Positions 166,904 to 178,599 of a stretch of DNA of 248,000 bases are shown piece after piece (the stretch's first letter is position 1; each line of letters starts with the position of its first letter). The stretch spans positions 20,001-268,000 of the forward strand of contig NZ_JMCB01000002.1 of NCBI RefSeq assembly GCF_000737315.1, read 5' to 3'. The notes beneath the pieces are model-generated. The model saw nothing but the letters and a program-made list of their open reading frames with translations. It made no database searches and was not told the origin of the DNA. The stretch comes from Hyalangium minutum. Lineage in GTDB: Bacteria > Myxococcota > Myxococcia > Myxococcales > Myxococcaceae. A program made the translations under genes and the position numbers.

Positions 166904-169900
166904 ATGGCTCCTCCAGAGACCGAAACCCATCCCGAATCTTCTTCCCGCCGCGCAGCTCCTCAGCCGCTGGAGCCTCTGCGGAGGTGGCTCACCCGCGACG
167001 CGCTTTATGAGATAGCGGGCCCGCGGATGTACCGCCAGGGCCAGGCATGCCTGGCCCAGCACCGCGTGACTTCCTTCGAGGCACTACCCGACGTCCTCAC
167101 GGGGCAGGTGCTCAACCGCCGGGGACATCCCTACCCAGTCACCATCGGCACGGATGCGGATGGTTTCTCGGCGGAGTGCGAGTGCGAGCCCTTCTGGAAC
167201 GAGGGCTTCTGCAAGCATGCTGTCGCGCTGGGGCTGGCCTTTCTCCAAGCGGGGGGGGCCGTCTCGGAGCGGGCCCGGCCGCCGACCCGGTCCGAGCGGC
167301 CGCAGAGCTCCGAGCACCTTCAGGAGTGGTTGGAGGAGCACCACCTCGCTCATGCCCGGCGCATCCCCCTGGCCGTGGTGGAGCCCTTCCTGGAGCGGGG
167401 CTTCAATGGCACGCCCGGTTTCTATGGACTGGCGCACCTGCCCGTCACCGCGCCCTTGGATGGGTCTCTCGATTTGCGGCGGCAGGTGTTTGGGACCCCC
167501 GCGCAGAACCTGCTGCGCGAGGCCGTCTGGGCCTGGCTGGCTGCTGAGGCCGAGCGGGTTCGCAGGGGACTCGAATCCGAACAGGAGCGCGCCGCGGCGC
167601 CTCGTCCACCGCCCACCGATGTGCGGCTGATTCCCTGGAGAGAGGCGCTCGAGAGAGCCAGGGCGCGGGTGCGAGAGCAGGCCGTGCCTCGCCTGCTGCC
167701 GGGCAAGCCCGACATCACGATGCAAGAGCGCCCCTTGCTCCTCTTCATCGAGGAGCCGGGCAGTCCCTCTGCCGTCTTCGCGGGGAAGGACAGCTGGACG
167801 GGGATGATACGCGTGCGCGTGTCCGTGGATCCTCGCGCGCTGCTCGAGGAGCGGGGAGGGTTGTCCTGCTGGTGCACACCTGGAGGAGAAGCTCGCTGCG
167901 TCCATGTCCTCTCCGCACTTGATGCGTTGCTGGACATGCAGGGGGAGTCGCTCTGGGCCTCGTTCAACTCGAGGCTCGCGGAGCTGCTCTTCGAGCTGCC
168001 CGCCCGAGAGCTGCTCGCGGCTTTCGACAAGGCGGCCACCCAAGCGCCCGCGCAGACTCAAGGCAAGGAGGCCACGCGTGTCAGCTTCCGGCTGGAGGGG
168101 CTCGAACACCGGCAGCCCCACCTCCGCCTCTACACGCACAAGCCTCTGAAGAAGGGTGGCTTCTCCAAGGGAACGCCGGTGAGCTGGCGGAACCGGGAGG
168201 AGGCCCGCGCGCTGCTCTCGGATTCACGAGAGCTGGAGGCATTCGAGTTGGGCGAGCTCATCTCCCGGCTCTATACCTTCTCCGTCGACGGATACTTTCT
168301 GCTGCAGCGCGCGGTGAAGCTGCTGGCGCACAGCTCGCGGCTCTTTGCCGGGTCTCGGCTGGACACGCCCCTGCGGGTGCGGGAGGCGTCCCTCGGCCTC
168401 GCTTTCTCCGAGCGAGCGCCGGGGCTCACGGTCCATCCCGCCATCGACGGTGTCCCTGTGTCCCCTGACGCGCTGATGCCTCCGCCCTCGGGCTCCGAGG
168501 CTCCGCTGCCCTGGCTCCTGTTCGAGCCTGAGCTGCCTCGCCTCACGCTGGTGACGGTTCCGCCCGCGGCCCGTGAGGTGCTCACCAAGATAAAAGAGTA
168601 TGGGACGTGGCTCCCCGAGCATGTACGCCCGGCGGTGCTGCGCAAGCTCACGGAGCTGGAGTCCGCCTGTCCCGTGTTTCTCCCCGAGTCCCTGGAGGCT
168701 CGCCCAGTTCCGCCTGAGCCTGGATTCCTGCTGCGCCTACGGCCCGTGGGTGAGGAGTCGCTGGAAGCAGAGCTCCTCGTGCGGCCCCTTCCGGAGGCAC
168801 CCCCGCAGCATCCGGGTGAAGGCCCGCCCCGCGTGCGCGGCCAGCGCGAAGGAGAGCGGGTGGTGGTGATCCGGGATCTGGAGTCCGAGCGCTCCGCGGC
168901 CCTGACCCTGCGCGAGCGCCTCGGGGTGATGGCCACGGAGGCGCCGGGCTTCTTCCGATTAGAGGAGGCGGAAGCGACGCTCGACTTCCTGGAGCGGCTG
169001 GAGCCGCTGGCGGGGCCCGAGCTGCGTGTCGAGTGGGAGCAGCAGCCCTGGAAGGTCTCCCACGTGCCGGCGGCGCGGCGCTTGAAGGTGGAGGTGCTGC
169101 GCAAGCAGGATTGGTTCGGAGTCGACGGCGGTATGGAGGTGGATGGTGAGCGGGTGGAGCTGTCCGCGTTGCTCGAGGCCCTGCGCCAACGCCGCCGCTT
169201 CGTGCGCCTGAGCCCGGGGCACTTCCTGAGGCTGACCGAGGAGCTGCGGGAGCGCCTCACGCCCCTCTCGGATCTGGCGCATCCCACCCGCGAGGGCTTG
169301 GAGGTGAGCAAAGCCGCGGCACCCGTGCTGGATGCCCTCGCCGAGGCAGGTGTGGAGGTGCAGGCCCCACCCGATTGGCGCCGGCTCTCCACCCGCATTC
169401 GCAAGGCCCAGCAGCGCACCTTGGCGCTCCCCGCCGGTTTGAAGGCGGAGCTGCGCGACTACCAGCGCGAGGGCTTCCTCTGGATGGCCCGGCTCGCGGA
169501 GTGGGGCGGAGGGGCCTGCCTTGCCGATGACATGGGGCTCGGTAAGACGCTGCAGACGTTGGCGCTGCTGCTGCATCGCGCCAAGGCAGGACCTGCGCTC
169601 GTGGTGGCTCCGACTTCCGTCTGCTTCAACTGGGCGGCCGAGGCTGCTCGCTTCACTCCCTCCCTGCGGGTGAAGTCCTACCGCGAGGCGGACCGCGAGC
169701 GGCTCCTCAAGGAGCTGAAGGCGGGGGACGTGCTGCTGATCAGCTATGGGCTCCTCGTTCGCGATGCCGAGCGGCTCGGGCAAGTGGCCTTTGCCACCCT
169801 GGTGGTGGACGAGGCCCAGGCCGCGAAGAACCCAGACACGGCTCGCGCCAAGGCGCTCCGGGGGCTCCAGGCCGAGGCGCGGATCGCGCTCACGGGCACC

Positions 169901-170848
169901 CCCGTGGAGAACCGGCTCTCCGAGCTGTGGAGCTTGTTCCGCATCGTCTTCCCGGGGCTGCTCGGTAGCCGCGAGTCCTTCCGCAAGCGCTTCTCCGAGC
170001 CCATCGAGCGAGAGCGAGACCCTGCCGCCCGCGCCGCGCTCTCCCGCGTGCTGCGTCCTTTTCTTCTGCGCCGCACCAAGGCCGAGGTGGCACGCGAGCT
170101 GCCTCCGCGCATCGAGACGGTCGTCCCAGTCGTGCTCTCGGAAGGGGAACGCCGGCTCTACGAGCAGATGCGGCTCGCGGCGCTCGCTAGCGTCGGTGCT
170201 CATGCGGAGGAGGGCCAGCGCTTCGAGCTGCTGGCGGCCCTCACCCGGCTGCGGCAGCTGGCCTGTCACCCTCGGCTGGGAGATCCGGACTCGACCCTGC
170301 CCTCTTCGAAGCTGGAGCGCCTGCTGGAGCGCGTCGACGAGCTGCGGGCCGAGGGAGGCCGGGCGCTCATCTTCAGCCAGTTCGTCCAATTCCTGGGGCT
170401 GGCCCGGGAGGCGCTAGCGGAGCGCGGGTTCTCCGTGCAGTACCTGGACGGGCAGACGCCCCCCGCCGAGCGGCAAGCCCGAGTGGAGGCCTTCCAGCGC
170501 GGCGAGGGGGATGTCTTCCTGATCTCCCTCAAGGCGGGAGGCACGGGGCTGAACCTCACTGCGGCCGACCATGTCATCCACCTGGACCCCTGGTGGAACC
170601 CGGCGGTGGAGGATCAGGCCACCGATCGCGCGCATCGCATCGGGCAGACCCGCCCCGTCACCGTCTCTCGGCTCGTGTCCCAGGGGACCATCGAGGAGGC
170701 CATCCTCGCGCTCCACGCCGAGAAGCGGGAGTTGGCCTCGAACCTGCTCTCCGAGGCCGATGGCGCCGCCGCCCTCACCCCCGAGCAGCTCCTGAACCTG
170801 CTGCGCTTCAGCTCCGTCCCGGAGGCCGAGCCTGTCCCCGCAACATAA
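166904..170848 (+). CDS. SWIM zinc finger + SNF2 helicase
   Basis: CECEP..FCKH, LADDMGLGKT, DEAQ, QATDRAHRIGQ. Confidence 0.92.
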   Translation: MAPPETETHPESSSRRAAPQPLEPLRRWLTRDALYEIAGPRMYRQGQACLAQHRVTSFEALPDVLTGQVLNRRGHPYPVTIGTDADGFSAECECEPFWNEGFCKHAVALGLAFLQAGGAVSERARPPTRSERPQSSEHLQEWLEEHHLAHARRIPLAVVEPFLERGFNGTPGFYGLAHLPVTAPLDGSLDLRRQVFGTPAQNLLREAVWAWLAAEAERVRRGLESEQERAAAPRPPPTDVRLIPWREALERARARVREQAVPRLLPGKPDITMQERPLLLFIEEPGSPSAVFAGKDSWTGMIRVRVSVDPRALLEERGGLSCWCTPGGEARCVHVLSALDALLDMQGESLWASFNSRLAELLFELPARELLAAFDKAATQAPAQTQGKEATRVSFRLEGLEHRQPHLRLYTHKPLKKGGFSKGTPVSWRNREEARALLSDSRELEAFELGELISRLYTFSVDGYFLLQRAVKLLAHSSRLFAGSRLDTPLRVREASLGLAFSERAPGLTVHPAIDGVPVSPDALMPPPSGSEAPLPWLLFEPELPRLTLVTVPPAAREVLTKIKEYGTWLPEHVRPAVLRKLTELESACPVFLPESLEARPVPPEPGFLLRLRPVGEESLEAELLVRPLPEAPPQHPGEGPPRVRGQREGERVVVIRDLESERSAALTLRERLGVMATEAPGFFRLEEAEATLDFLERLEPLAGPELRVEWEQQPWKVSHVPAARRLKVEVLRKQDWFGVDGGMEVDGERVELSALLEALRQRRRFVRLSPGHFLRLTEELRERLTPLSDLAHPTREGLEVSKAAAPVLDALAEAGVEVQAPPDWRRLSTRIRKAQQRTLALPAGLKAELRDYQREGFLWMARLAEWGGGACLADDMGLGKTLQTLALLLHRAKAGPALVVAPTSVCFNWAAEAARFTPSLRVKSYREADRERLLKELKAGDVLLISYGLLVRDAERLGQVAFATLVVDEAQAAKNPDTARAKALRGLQAEARIALTGTPVENRLSELWSLFRIVFPGLLGSRESFRKRFSEPIERERDPAARAALSRVLRPFLLRRTKAEVARELPPRIETVVPVVLSEGERRLYEQMRLAALASVGAHAEEGQRFELLAALTRLRQLACHPRLGDPDSTLPSSKLERLLERVDELRAEGGRALIFSQFVQFLGLAREALAERGFSVQYLDGQTPPAERQARVEAFQRGEGDVFLISLKAGGTGLNLTAADHVIHLDPWWNPAVEDQATDRAHRIGQTRPVTVSRLVSQGTIEEAILALHAEKRELASNLLSEADGAAALTPEQLLNLLRFSSVPEAEPVPAT

Positions 170849-170944
170849 GAGAGGGATGTAACAGGTCGAGCCATCCGCCCCAACTCCTGGGAATATGCGC
170901 GCCGACTTCGAGTTCGGCACGTTTGTCAGCCAAGGGAGAGGTGG

Positions 170945-172324
170945 ATGCACCGTCAACAGTGGCTCATCATGGGGTTGGCGCTCTTGGTGGGCTCGGCCGC
171001 AGGAGCACAGGGCCGGTCCGGGAAGAGCGAGCAATCCCGGCTCGGTGCAGGCATCGAGGCCAAGACGCTGAAAAATGGACTGAAGATCATCGTCTGGCCG
171101 GACCACGACATCCCCAACGTGGCCCTCTACAACTTCTTCCGCGTCGGCAGCCGCAACGAGCGCCCCGGCATCACCGGCTTGTCCCACTTCTTCGAGCACA
171201 TGATGTTCAACGGCGCAAAGAAGTACGGCCCTGGCCAGTTCGACTCCGTCATGGAGGCCGCGGGCGGCAGCAACAACGCCACCACGTCCGAGGACACCAC
171301 CCTCTATATGGATTGGTTCCCTCGCTCGGCGCTGGAGACCATCTTCGACCTCGAGGGAGACCGGCTGGCGAACCTGGCCTTCGATCCGAAGATCATCGAG
171401 AGCGAGCGCGGGGTGGTCTACTCGGAGCGGCGCTCGGGGGTGGACAACGACAACACAGGGGCGCTGCTGGAGCAGGTGCAGGCGACGGCGTACGTCGCGC
171501 ATCCGTACCAGTTCCCCGTCATTGGCTGGCCCTCGGACATCGAATCCTGGCGCATGGAGGACCTGCAGCGCTTCTTCCAGACGTACTACGCACCCAATAA
171601 CGCCACGTTGGTGGTGGTGGGCGCGGTGACGCCTGCGGAAGTGTTTGCGCTGGCGGAGAAGCACTTGGGCGCCATCCCCTCTCAGCCGCCGCCCGAGCCG
171701 GTGCGCACCAAGGAGCCCGAGCAGCAGGGCGAGAAGCGCGTGGTGGTGCGCCGCTCGGCCCAGGCCCCGTTGTTCCAGGTGGCCTACCACGCGGTGGACG
171801 CGAAGGATCCAGACCTCGCCGCGTTGGAACTGCTGATGAACATCCTGGCGGAGGGAGAGTCTTCGCGGCTCCACCGGCGGCTGGTGGAAGAGGAGCGGGT
171901 GGCCATCCACGTGGGCAGCCTCTTCAACACCACGTTTGATCCGTCCCTCGCGTTGTTCCTGGTGGACCTGCCGCCGGGCGGAGACGTGGGCCGGGTGGAG
172001 AAGCTGTTCGGCGAGGAGCTGGAGAAGGTCCGCGCGCAGGGCGTCACCGACGCGGAGCTGCGCAAGGCCAAGAACACCACCGTGGCGGACTTCTGGCGCG
172101 GAATGGAGACGAACAATCACCGGGCGCACTTGCTGGGCACCTATGAGGTCTTCCACGGCGACTGGCGTCGGCTGTTCGATGCGCCTGCCCGCTACGAGCA
172201 GGTGACGCGGGAGCAGATTCGCAAGGTGGCTGGGCGCATCTTCGACTCGAACCACCGCACGGTGGGAGTGCTGTTACCCACGGAGGGAGCCGAAGCTCCG
172301 GCAGGGAAGGAGGCGGGACGATGA
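170945..172324 (+). CDS. M16B peptidase, catalytic subunit
   Basis: HFFEH. Confidence 0.92.
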   Translation: MHRQQWLIMGLALLVGSAAGAQGRSGKSEQSRLGAGIEAKTLKNGLKIIVWPDHDIPNVALYNFFRVGSRNERPGITGLSHFFEHMMFNGAKKYGPGQFDSVMEAAGGSNNATTSEDTTLYMDWFPRSALETIFDLEGDRLANLAFDPKIIESERGVVYSERRSGVDNDNTGALLEQVQATAYVAHPYQFPVIGWPSDIESWRMEDLQRFFQTYYAPNNATLVVVGAVTPAEVFALAEKHLGAIPSQPPPEPVRTKEPEQQGEKRVVVRRSAQAPLFQVAYHAVDAKDPDLAALELLMNILAEGESSRLHRRLVEEERVAIHVGSLFNTTFDPSLALFLVDLPPGGDVGRVEKLFGEELEKVRAQGVTDAELRKAKNTTVADFWRGMETNNHRAHLLGTYEVFHGDWRRLFDAPARYEQVTREQIRKVAGRIFDSNHRTVGVLLPTEGAEAPAGKEAGR

Positions 172325-173760
172325 GCGGCAAGGTGGCTCAGGCAGCGCTCGCGGCGCTGCTGGTGACGACCGTGGCGGGAGCCCAGGGAGCAAAGCCCGC
172401 GGAGCCGGCGAAGGCGCAGGGCGTGCAGTTGCCCAAGGCGACGGTGATCGAGCTGAAGAACGGAACCCGGCTCATCCTTGCGGAGAAGCACGGCGTGCCG
172501 CTCGTCTCCTTCAGCGCGTGGCTGCGTGGGGGAAGCCTGGGCGAGCCCCAGGGCAAGGAGGGCCTGGCGTGGCTCACCGGGGAGCTGCTGCTCAAGGGGG
172601 CCGGGAAGCGCAACGCCCAGCAGTTCGCGGAGACGGTGGATGGCGTGGGCGCCGATTTCAACGTGTCGGCGACGCGCGAGGCGCTGCTGGTGGATGGGCA
172701 GTTCCTGGCGCGGGACATCCCGCTGATGGTGGAGCTGCTCTCGGATGTGTTGATGCGGCCCCGCTTCGAGCCGGGCGAGTTCGACAAGATGCGGGACCGG
172801 ATGGTCTCCGAGATCGCCGCGGCGAAGGACGGGGATCCGCGGGGCCTCATGGGCTTCTATTTCCTCGCCTTCCACTTCGCGGGCCACCCCTACGGGCGGC
172901 CAGTGATTGGCAGCGAGGCCTCGATTGCCACGCTCACGCGCGATGACGTGCAGGGGTACGCGAAGGCCCAGCTGGGGGGGGATCGCCTCATCCTCAGCGT
173001 GGTGGGGGACTTCGACACGAAGCAGCTGGCCAGCCGGTTGGAGGCCGCCCTCGGAGGTTGGGCCAAGGCTCCGGCTCCGGCTCCCGTGGTGCCGCCCACG
173101 GCCCCGGTCAAGGGCAGGCGTGTGTTGCTGGTGGACAAGCCGGACGCCACCCAGACGTACTTCTGGATCGGCAACACGGGCATCGCGCGCAATGACCCGG
173201 ACCGGGTCGACGTGACGCTGGCCAACACGCTGCTCGGCGGGCGTTTCACCTCGCTGCTGAACACGGAGCTGCGCGTGAAGACGGGCCTGAGCTACGGCGC
173301 CAACTCCCTGGTGATGAAAGAGACGCAGCCGGGCGTGGTGGCGATCTCCTCCTACACCAAGACGGAGTCCACGGGCCGGGCCATCGACCTGGCGCTGGAG
173401 GTGCTCAACCGCTACCGGCGCGAGGGCATGGATGACGCGGTGCTCGCCTCCACCCGGTCCTTCGTCCTGGGCCAGTTCCCGCCCACGCTCGAGACGAGCG
173501 CCCAAGTGGCCATGAAGCTGTCGGAGCTGGCCTTCTATGGGCTTGATGGCCGGGACGTGGACAACTTCGCCGCGGACGTGATGGGCGCCAGCCGCGAGCA
173601 CATCCACCAGGTGATGCAGCGCGTGCTGCCGGCACCGGAGGACCTGACCCTCGTGCTCATTGGCAAGGCGTCCGCCATCCGCGAGGCCGCCCGCCGCTAT
173701 GGGCCCGTGACGGAGATGAAGCTGTCCGACAAGACCTTCGCGCCCGCGCCCAAGCGCTGA
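172321..173760 (+). CDS. M16B peptidase, non-catalytic subunit
   Basis: No HxxEH; GLSYG R/Y pair. Confidence 0.88.
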   Translation: MSGKVAQAALAALLVTTVAGAQGAKPAEPAKAQGVQLPKATVIELKNGTRLILAEKHGVPLVSFSAWLRGGSLGEPQGKEGLAWLTGELLLKGAGKRNAQQFAETVDGVGADFNVSATREALLVDGQFLARDIPLMVELLSDVLMRPRFEPGEFDKMRDRMVSEIAAAKDGDPRGLMGFYFLAFHFAGHPYGRPVIGSEASIATLTRDDVQGYAKAQLGGDRLILSVVGDFDTKQLASRLEAALGGWAKAPAPAPVVPPTAPVKGRRVLLVDKPDATQTYFWIGNTGIARNDPDRVDVTLANTLLGGRFTSLLNTELRVKTGLSYGANSLVMKETQPGVVAISSYTKTESTGRAIDLALEVLNRYRREGMDDAVLASTRSFVLGQFPPTLETSAQVAMKLSELAFYGLDGRDVDNFAADVMGASREHIHQVMQRVLPAPEDLTLVLIGKASAIREAARRYGPVTEMKLSDKTFAPAPKR

Positions 173761-173784
173761 GGCTCGCTGGGACGGCAAGGTCCG

Positions 173785-174978
173785 CTACTGCGCTTGCGCG
173801 CGGTAGCGGGCCATGCACCGCTGGAAGCGCTGATCCACCGAGCGCGCGAACCACGCCGTGGTGCGCTCCCGGCTCAGCTTGGGGCTGTGGAGGGTGACCT
173901 CGGGCAGCTGCGCGTACTCGGGACGCTTGCCCGTCACCTTCTGATAGCGGGCCTTCACCGCGCGCCACGTGTCCGTCTCCTCGAAGTCCCGTTGCTTCTC
174001 CTTCCGCGCATCGCGGCGCACCTGGCGCTCGCTCAGCTCGGGCGCGTGGCGAGCCCGGAAGGCCAACAGCGCCGCGAGGGTGCGGCTGTCCTCGTCCTTG
174101 GGCTCTCCCTCCTTGTCATAAAGGAGCAGGTCCCCATCCCGCGCTAGCGGCAGCCGCATCAGCTCGCTCACCTGAGCCTGCAGCGCCGCGTTGCGCGAGG
174201 AGTAGAGCCCCGAGTTGTAGTCCGCGAAGCGGTAGAGCGGCTGGCTGTAGCCGGCCTCGTACCCCAGCAGCCGCGCCGTGCCGTAGCGCACGCCCCCGGC
174301 GCGCGTGTAGAGCTCCTCACGAACCTCGGCTTCGGGCCGGTCCTCGTCGTTCTGCTCCCGCGCGAAGCGCACGCTCACCTGCATGGAGCCTGCGGTGGTG
174401 ATGGGGTTGAGCTCCTCCAGGCTCTGCGAATTCACCAGCTCGCTGGCGAGATCCGCCGCCGTGTACACCGCCGGGTACTGCTCCTCGTAGGCCTTCAGCA
174501 GCTCGCGGAAGAACCGATCCAGATCCGCCTCCGTCCGCACCGCCTTGAGGCGCGCTTCAAACGTCTGCGACTGGCCCGGGGCGCGGTGCTGCAGCAGCGC
174601 CTCCAGCGCCTTGCGCCCCACCACGCCCAGCTTCCCCGCGTAGACATCCAGCCGCTTGCGGACGATGCGCGGCAGCTCCTTCACCACCGGGTTGGCCTGG
174701 AAGCCGGACTCCTGCTCAATGACGGCGAGCACCTCGCACACGGGCTCGGCCCACGGGTGCACTCGCCGCGCCTCCAGCGCCACCACCACGTCCTGGGCCC
174801 ACCCCTCGCGCTCGGACACCTGCGGCGGCAGCAGCTTCGCCACCTGCGCCACGCTGAGCTTCGGCGGGAGCGGCGCAGGGGGTTCCGAGCCCCTCAGACC
174901 CCTCGTCCCGCAGCTCGCAAACACCAGCAGTGCGCCCACTGCAAGAAACACCCCCTTTGATACTGATGGAAATTTCAT
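173785..174978 (-). CDS. DUF1615-like lipoprotein
   Basis: AVIEQESGF, TAGSMQVS, YRFADYN. Confidence 0.75.
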   Translation of the reverse strand: MKFPSVSKGVFLAVGALLVFASCGTRGLRGSEPPAPLPPKLSVAQVAKLLPPQVSEREGWAQDVVVALEARRVHPWAEPVCEVLAVIEQESGFQANPVVKELPRIVRKRLDVYAGKLGVVGRKALEALLQHRAPGQSQTFEARLKAVRTEADLDRFFRELLKAYEEQYPAVYTAADLASELVNSQSLEELNPITTAGSMQVSVRFAREQNDEDRPEAEVREELYTRAGGVRYGTARLLGYEAGYSQPLYRFADYNSGLYSSRNAALQAQVSELMRLPLARDGDLLLYDKEGEPKDEDSRTLAALLAFRARHAPELSERQVRRDARKEKQRDFEETDTWRAVKARYQKVTGKRPEYAQLPEVTLHSPKLSRERTTAWFARSVDQRFQRCMARYRAQAQ

Positions 174979-175257
174979 TCTCCACTGTCCGGGTGGGCGG
175001 GTCGGAAAACACTCTGTTTCACGCCATGTTAGGGGAAAGGGTTTTCGACTCGCACTGCAGGCCCTTCTTCTAACACTCCGAGAGTGTTGAAGAATTCCGG
175101 AAAACCTAAACCGGTATACACAGTGAGAACCGACTAATACGTTATTTTTCTAATTGTGGCTCAAATTGTGAGAACGTACTTCCGAAAAAAAGAAGTTGCT
175201 CTGATGTTTACCCGCATGTCACGAATCCCGGGCTTTTCCCCCGAGGAGGTAGTCCGT

Positions 175258-177546
175258 TTGAGCAAGACACTTGTGAAGACGTTCTGTGCGGCGTGGCTGG
175301 GTCTCGCCTTCACCGCGTGTGACACCACTGAGCAGCAGCAGGTGGATGCCGATGACGTGATGACGCTGTCCGCCAAGGACGGCTCGGACATCCAGCAGGC
175401 CCTGGGCTCGCTGCCCAGCGCGACGGTGCTGGGTGTTCATGAGAAGGACGCTGTGCCCTTCATGATCAAGGGGCAGCTCGGTACCTCCAACGGGTCTGCG
175501 GTAGGCCTGGCGGTGGTGGACGCGAAGGCCGCGGTGCAGACGGCGCTGAGCCAGATCGCCCCGGTGTTCCGCCTGCGCGCCGATGACCTCGTGGTCAAGC
175601 GCGTCTCGCAGGACGAGATGGGCCACCAGCACATCCGCCTCGCCCAGACGAAGAACGGCCTGCCCGTCATCAACGGCGAGCTGATCCTCCACGTGGACAA
175701 GGCCGGCAACGTGTACGCCGCCAACGGCGATGCCCGTGACGACCAGGGCGCTGTCACCCAGCTGAAGCTGGTCAAGGCGAAGGTCAGCGCGGAGGCCGCC
175801 GCGGTCGCCGCGAGCGACTCCACCGAGGGCCTGAACAAGTCCGCCAAGGCCGAGCGTCTGGTCTACGTGCGCGACACCAACGAGAACCTGGTGCTGGCGC
175901 ACGAGGTTCGCGTGACCGGCGCGCGCCTGGACGGCATCCCCGTCGAGGACCTGGTGTACGTGAACGCCAACAACGGCACCGTCGCCCTGCGCGCGCCGAA
176001 GGTGTACACGGCCCTGAACCGCGCGGTGTACAGCGCCAACAACGGCACCTCGCTGCCGGGCACGCTCAAGCGCTCCGAGGGTGGTGCGGCCGCGAATGAC
176101 ACCCACGTGGACCAGAACTACACGCGGTTGGGCAAGACCTACGAGTGCTACTCGGTCAACTTCGGCCGCGACTCGTACAACGGCTCGGGCGCGCAGCTGA
176201 AGAGCACGGTGCACTACAGCTCCAACTACGTGAACGCCTACTGGAACAGCAGCCAGATGGTGTACGGCGACGGCAACGGCACGGACTCCACCATGCTGGG
176301 CCTGGACGCGGACGTCACCACGCACGAGCTGACGCACGCCGTGACGGAGTACGAGTCCAACCTCACCTACTCGGGCGAGTCCGGTGGTCTGAACGAGTCG
176401 ATGTCCGACATCTTCGGCGCCTACTGCGAGAGCTGGGAGGCTTCCACCACGAACGGCGGCACGTGGCCCACCACCGCGGACATCTGGATGGTCGGCGAGG
176501 ACATCTGGACCCCGGGCACTCCGAACGACGCGCTCCGCTACATGGATGACCCGGCCAAGGACGGGGCTTCCAAGGATCTGTGGACCAGCAGCGCCGGCAG
176601 CGTGGACGTGCACTACAGCTCCGGTATCTCCAACCTGGCCTTCGCCCTGCTCTCCAAGGGCGGTACGCACCCGCGCGGCAAGACGACTGTCAGCGTGACG
176701 GGCATCGGCGTGCAGAAGGCCGGCGCCATCTTCTACAAGGCGAACAAGGACCTGATGACGGCCTCGACGACCTTCAACCAGGCCAAGACGTACACGGAGC
176801 AGGCCGCCGACGCGCTGGGCTACACTGCGGAGAAGGCCTCCGTGACGGCCGCGTGGCAGGCTGTGGGCGTGGGCGGTGGCACGACGCCTCCTCCGAGCTG
176901 CACCAGCACCATCGTGCTGAGCAACGGCGTGGCGGCGACCAACGTCGGTGCGACTGCGGGCAATTTCTCCTGCACCTACACGCTGACTGTGCCCTCGGGC
177001 CAGACCAGCCTGTCGTTCGCCCTCAGCGGCGGCACGGGTGACGGCGACATGTACGTGAAGTTCGGCACCGCGCCGACGACCAGCGTCTACGACTGCCGTC
177101 CGTACACCTCTGGCAACGCCGAGACGTGCAACTTCACCAACCCGGCGGCGGGCACCTGGTACGTGAAGGTGAATGCGTACAGCGACTTCTCGGGCGCCAG
177201 CCTGAAGGGCACCTACTCCGGCGGCACGACGCCTCCGGGCGACACGCTGACCAACGGCGTGGCCACGGCGGCCTACTCCGGCGCGGCGAGCTCGCAGACC
177301 TGCTGGACGCTGACCGTCCCCGCGGGCAAGTCGGTGGTCTTCGCCCAGGCGGGCGGCACGGGTGATGCGGACCTGTACGTGCGCAAGGGCTCGGCTCCGA
177401 CGACCACCACCTACGACTGCCGCCCGTACCTGAGCGGCAACAACGAGTCGTGCTCGTTCGCCGCGGGCACCGCGAGCGTCCAGTACTACGCCTGCTCGCG
177501 CGGCTACAGCGCGTACACCGGCGTGACGATGAAGGGCACCTACTAG
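175258..177546 (+). CDS. M4 thermolysin-family metalloprotease with PPC domains
   Basis: NAYWN, HELTH, GLNESMSD, VHYSSG; two PPC domains. Confidence 0.93.
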   Translation: MSKTLVKTFCAAWLGLAFTACDTTEQQQVDADDVMTLSAKDGSDIQQALGSLPSATVLGVHEKDAVPFMIKGQLGTSNGSAVGLAVVDAKAAVQTALSQIAPVFRLRADDLVVKRVSQDEMGHQHIRLAQTKNGLPVINGELILHVDKAGNVYAANGDARDDQGAVTQLKLVKAKVSAEAAAVAASDSTEGLNKSAKAERLVYVRDTNENLVLAHEVRVTGARLDGIPVEDLVYVNANNGTVALRAPKVYTALNRAVYSANNGTSLPGTLKRSEGGAAANDTHVDQNYTRLGKTYECYSVNFGRDSYNGSGAQLKSTVHYSSNYVNAYWNSSQMVYGDGNGTDSTMLGLDADVTTHELTHAVTEYESNLTYSGESGGLNESMSDIFGAYCESWEASTTNGGTWPTTADIWMVGEDIWTPGTPNDALRYMDDPAKDGASKDLWTSSAGSVDVHYSSGISNLAFALLSKGGTHPRGKTTVSVTGIGVQKAGAIFYKANKDLMTASTTFNQAKTYTEQAADALGYTAEKASVTAAWQAVGVGGGTTPPPSCTSTIVLSNGVAATNVGATAGNFSCTYTLTVPSGQTSLSFALSGGTGDGDMYVKFGTAPTTSVYDCRPYTSGNAETCNFTNPAAGTWYVKVNAYSDFSGASLKGTYSGGTTPPGDTLTNGVATAAYSGAASSQTCWTLTVPAGKSVVFAQAGGTGDADLYVRKGSAPTTTTYDCRPYLSGNNESCSFAAGTASVQYYACSRGYSAYTGVTMKGTY

Positions 177547-177570
177547 TCCCTCACCGTTGAGTTGAAATGA

Positions 177571-177611
177571 CACGCCCGGGGGCCTCGTGCTCCCGGGCGT
177601 TGTCTTTTTTC
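177571..177611 (+). terminator. terminator
   Basis: cgcccggg...cccgggcg followed by a T-tract. Confidence 0.7.
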
Positions 177612-177617
177612 AGGCCC

Positions 177618-178355
177618 TCAGCGGCGCACTTCGATGTCGCGCGCGATGCTGTCGTCTCCGACGAGATCAAAGGAGGCGCGCACCGAGGTGCCCTCCTCGA
177701 GCTGACGCAGCGGCACGCTCTGGCCCGCGCGCACCCCGCGGCTGCGCTTGTCGATGCGCAGCTCGTACACGTTGCCCTCGGTGTCCTTCAGGTGGAGCGT
177801 GCTCTTGCCCACGCGGGTGACGCGGCCGTCCACCGTGCCGGTGGCGATGACCACCCGGTCCAGCGGCACCGAGTCGTTCTGCCCGAACGCGCGCGCTGCC
177901 TTGGCCGCGCCCTCGTACCAGGACTCATCCTCACGCGCCTGGACGGCCTCGAAGCCGATCATCACCCGGCCCTCGGGCGCCGCCTGCGCGGTTCCGGACG
178001 GGGCGCCCGTCGAGCTTGCCGTGCTGGGCGCTGGAGAGGCCGTGGCCGTTGCCGGAGCGGTTGTGGCTGGAGCGGCGGTGTTCGTCCGGGCGCTCGTGCC
178101 GGTGCGGGCCTCGGCCTGGACCGGACCGGGAGCGGCCCCCGGGATGACGCCTGGAGCCGTGGCCTGCGGGGCCTCGGTGCCTACCGTGGGCGCCGGGCTG
178201 ATTCGCTCGGGTGAAGCGCCCTCGCTTGGCCGCGTGGGGGCAGGAGCCCTTGCGGCGACCGGTGCTGTCTGCTCATGGCGCTCGCGCTCCCGGCATCCCG
178301 ACAGCAGTGCGCACGCCCCCATGACTCCCATCCACGCCCAACGACGCCCCATCAT
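177618..178355 (-). CDS. lipoprotein
   Basis: LSGC lipobox. Confidence 0.55.
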   Translation of the reverse strand: MMGRRWAWMGVMGACALLSGCRERERHEQTAPVAARAPAPTRPSEGASPERISPAPTVGTEAPQATAPGVIPGAAPGPVQAEARTGTSARTNTAAPATTAPATATASPAPSTASSTGAPSGTAQAAPEGRVMIGFEAVQAREDESWYEGAAKAARAFGQNDSVPLDRVVIATGTVDGRVTRVGKSTLHLKDTEGNVYELRIDKRSRGVRAGQSVPLRQLEEGTSVRASFDLVGDDSIARDIEVRR

Positions 178356-178599
178356 TGGCCTCCCCGATGTGGGAAAACAGGTTCCGTCCTGCTCCCACTG
178401 CAAACGGTGCGCCCGGGCCGGGTTCCCAGGGCGAGAGGCGGGGACTTTCAGCAGGAGACACTGCGAGGCGGCGAAGTCAGGTGGGCAGGCTGCGAGGGAA
178501 GGAGGAGGACGCGTGACGTCGGGAAGCCAGGGGGAGGAGTTTCCCACCGCTCGTGGCGAAGGTATTTCCCTCGGGGCGTGAGGAAGTGGACACCCGCCG

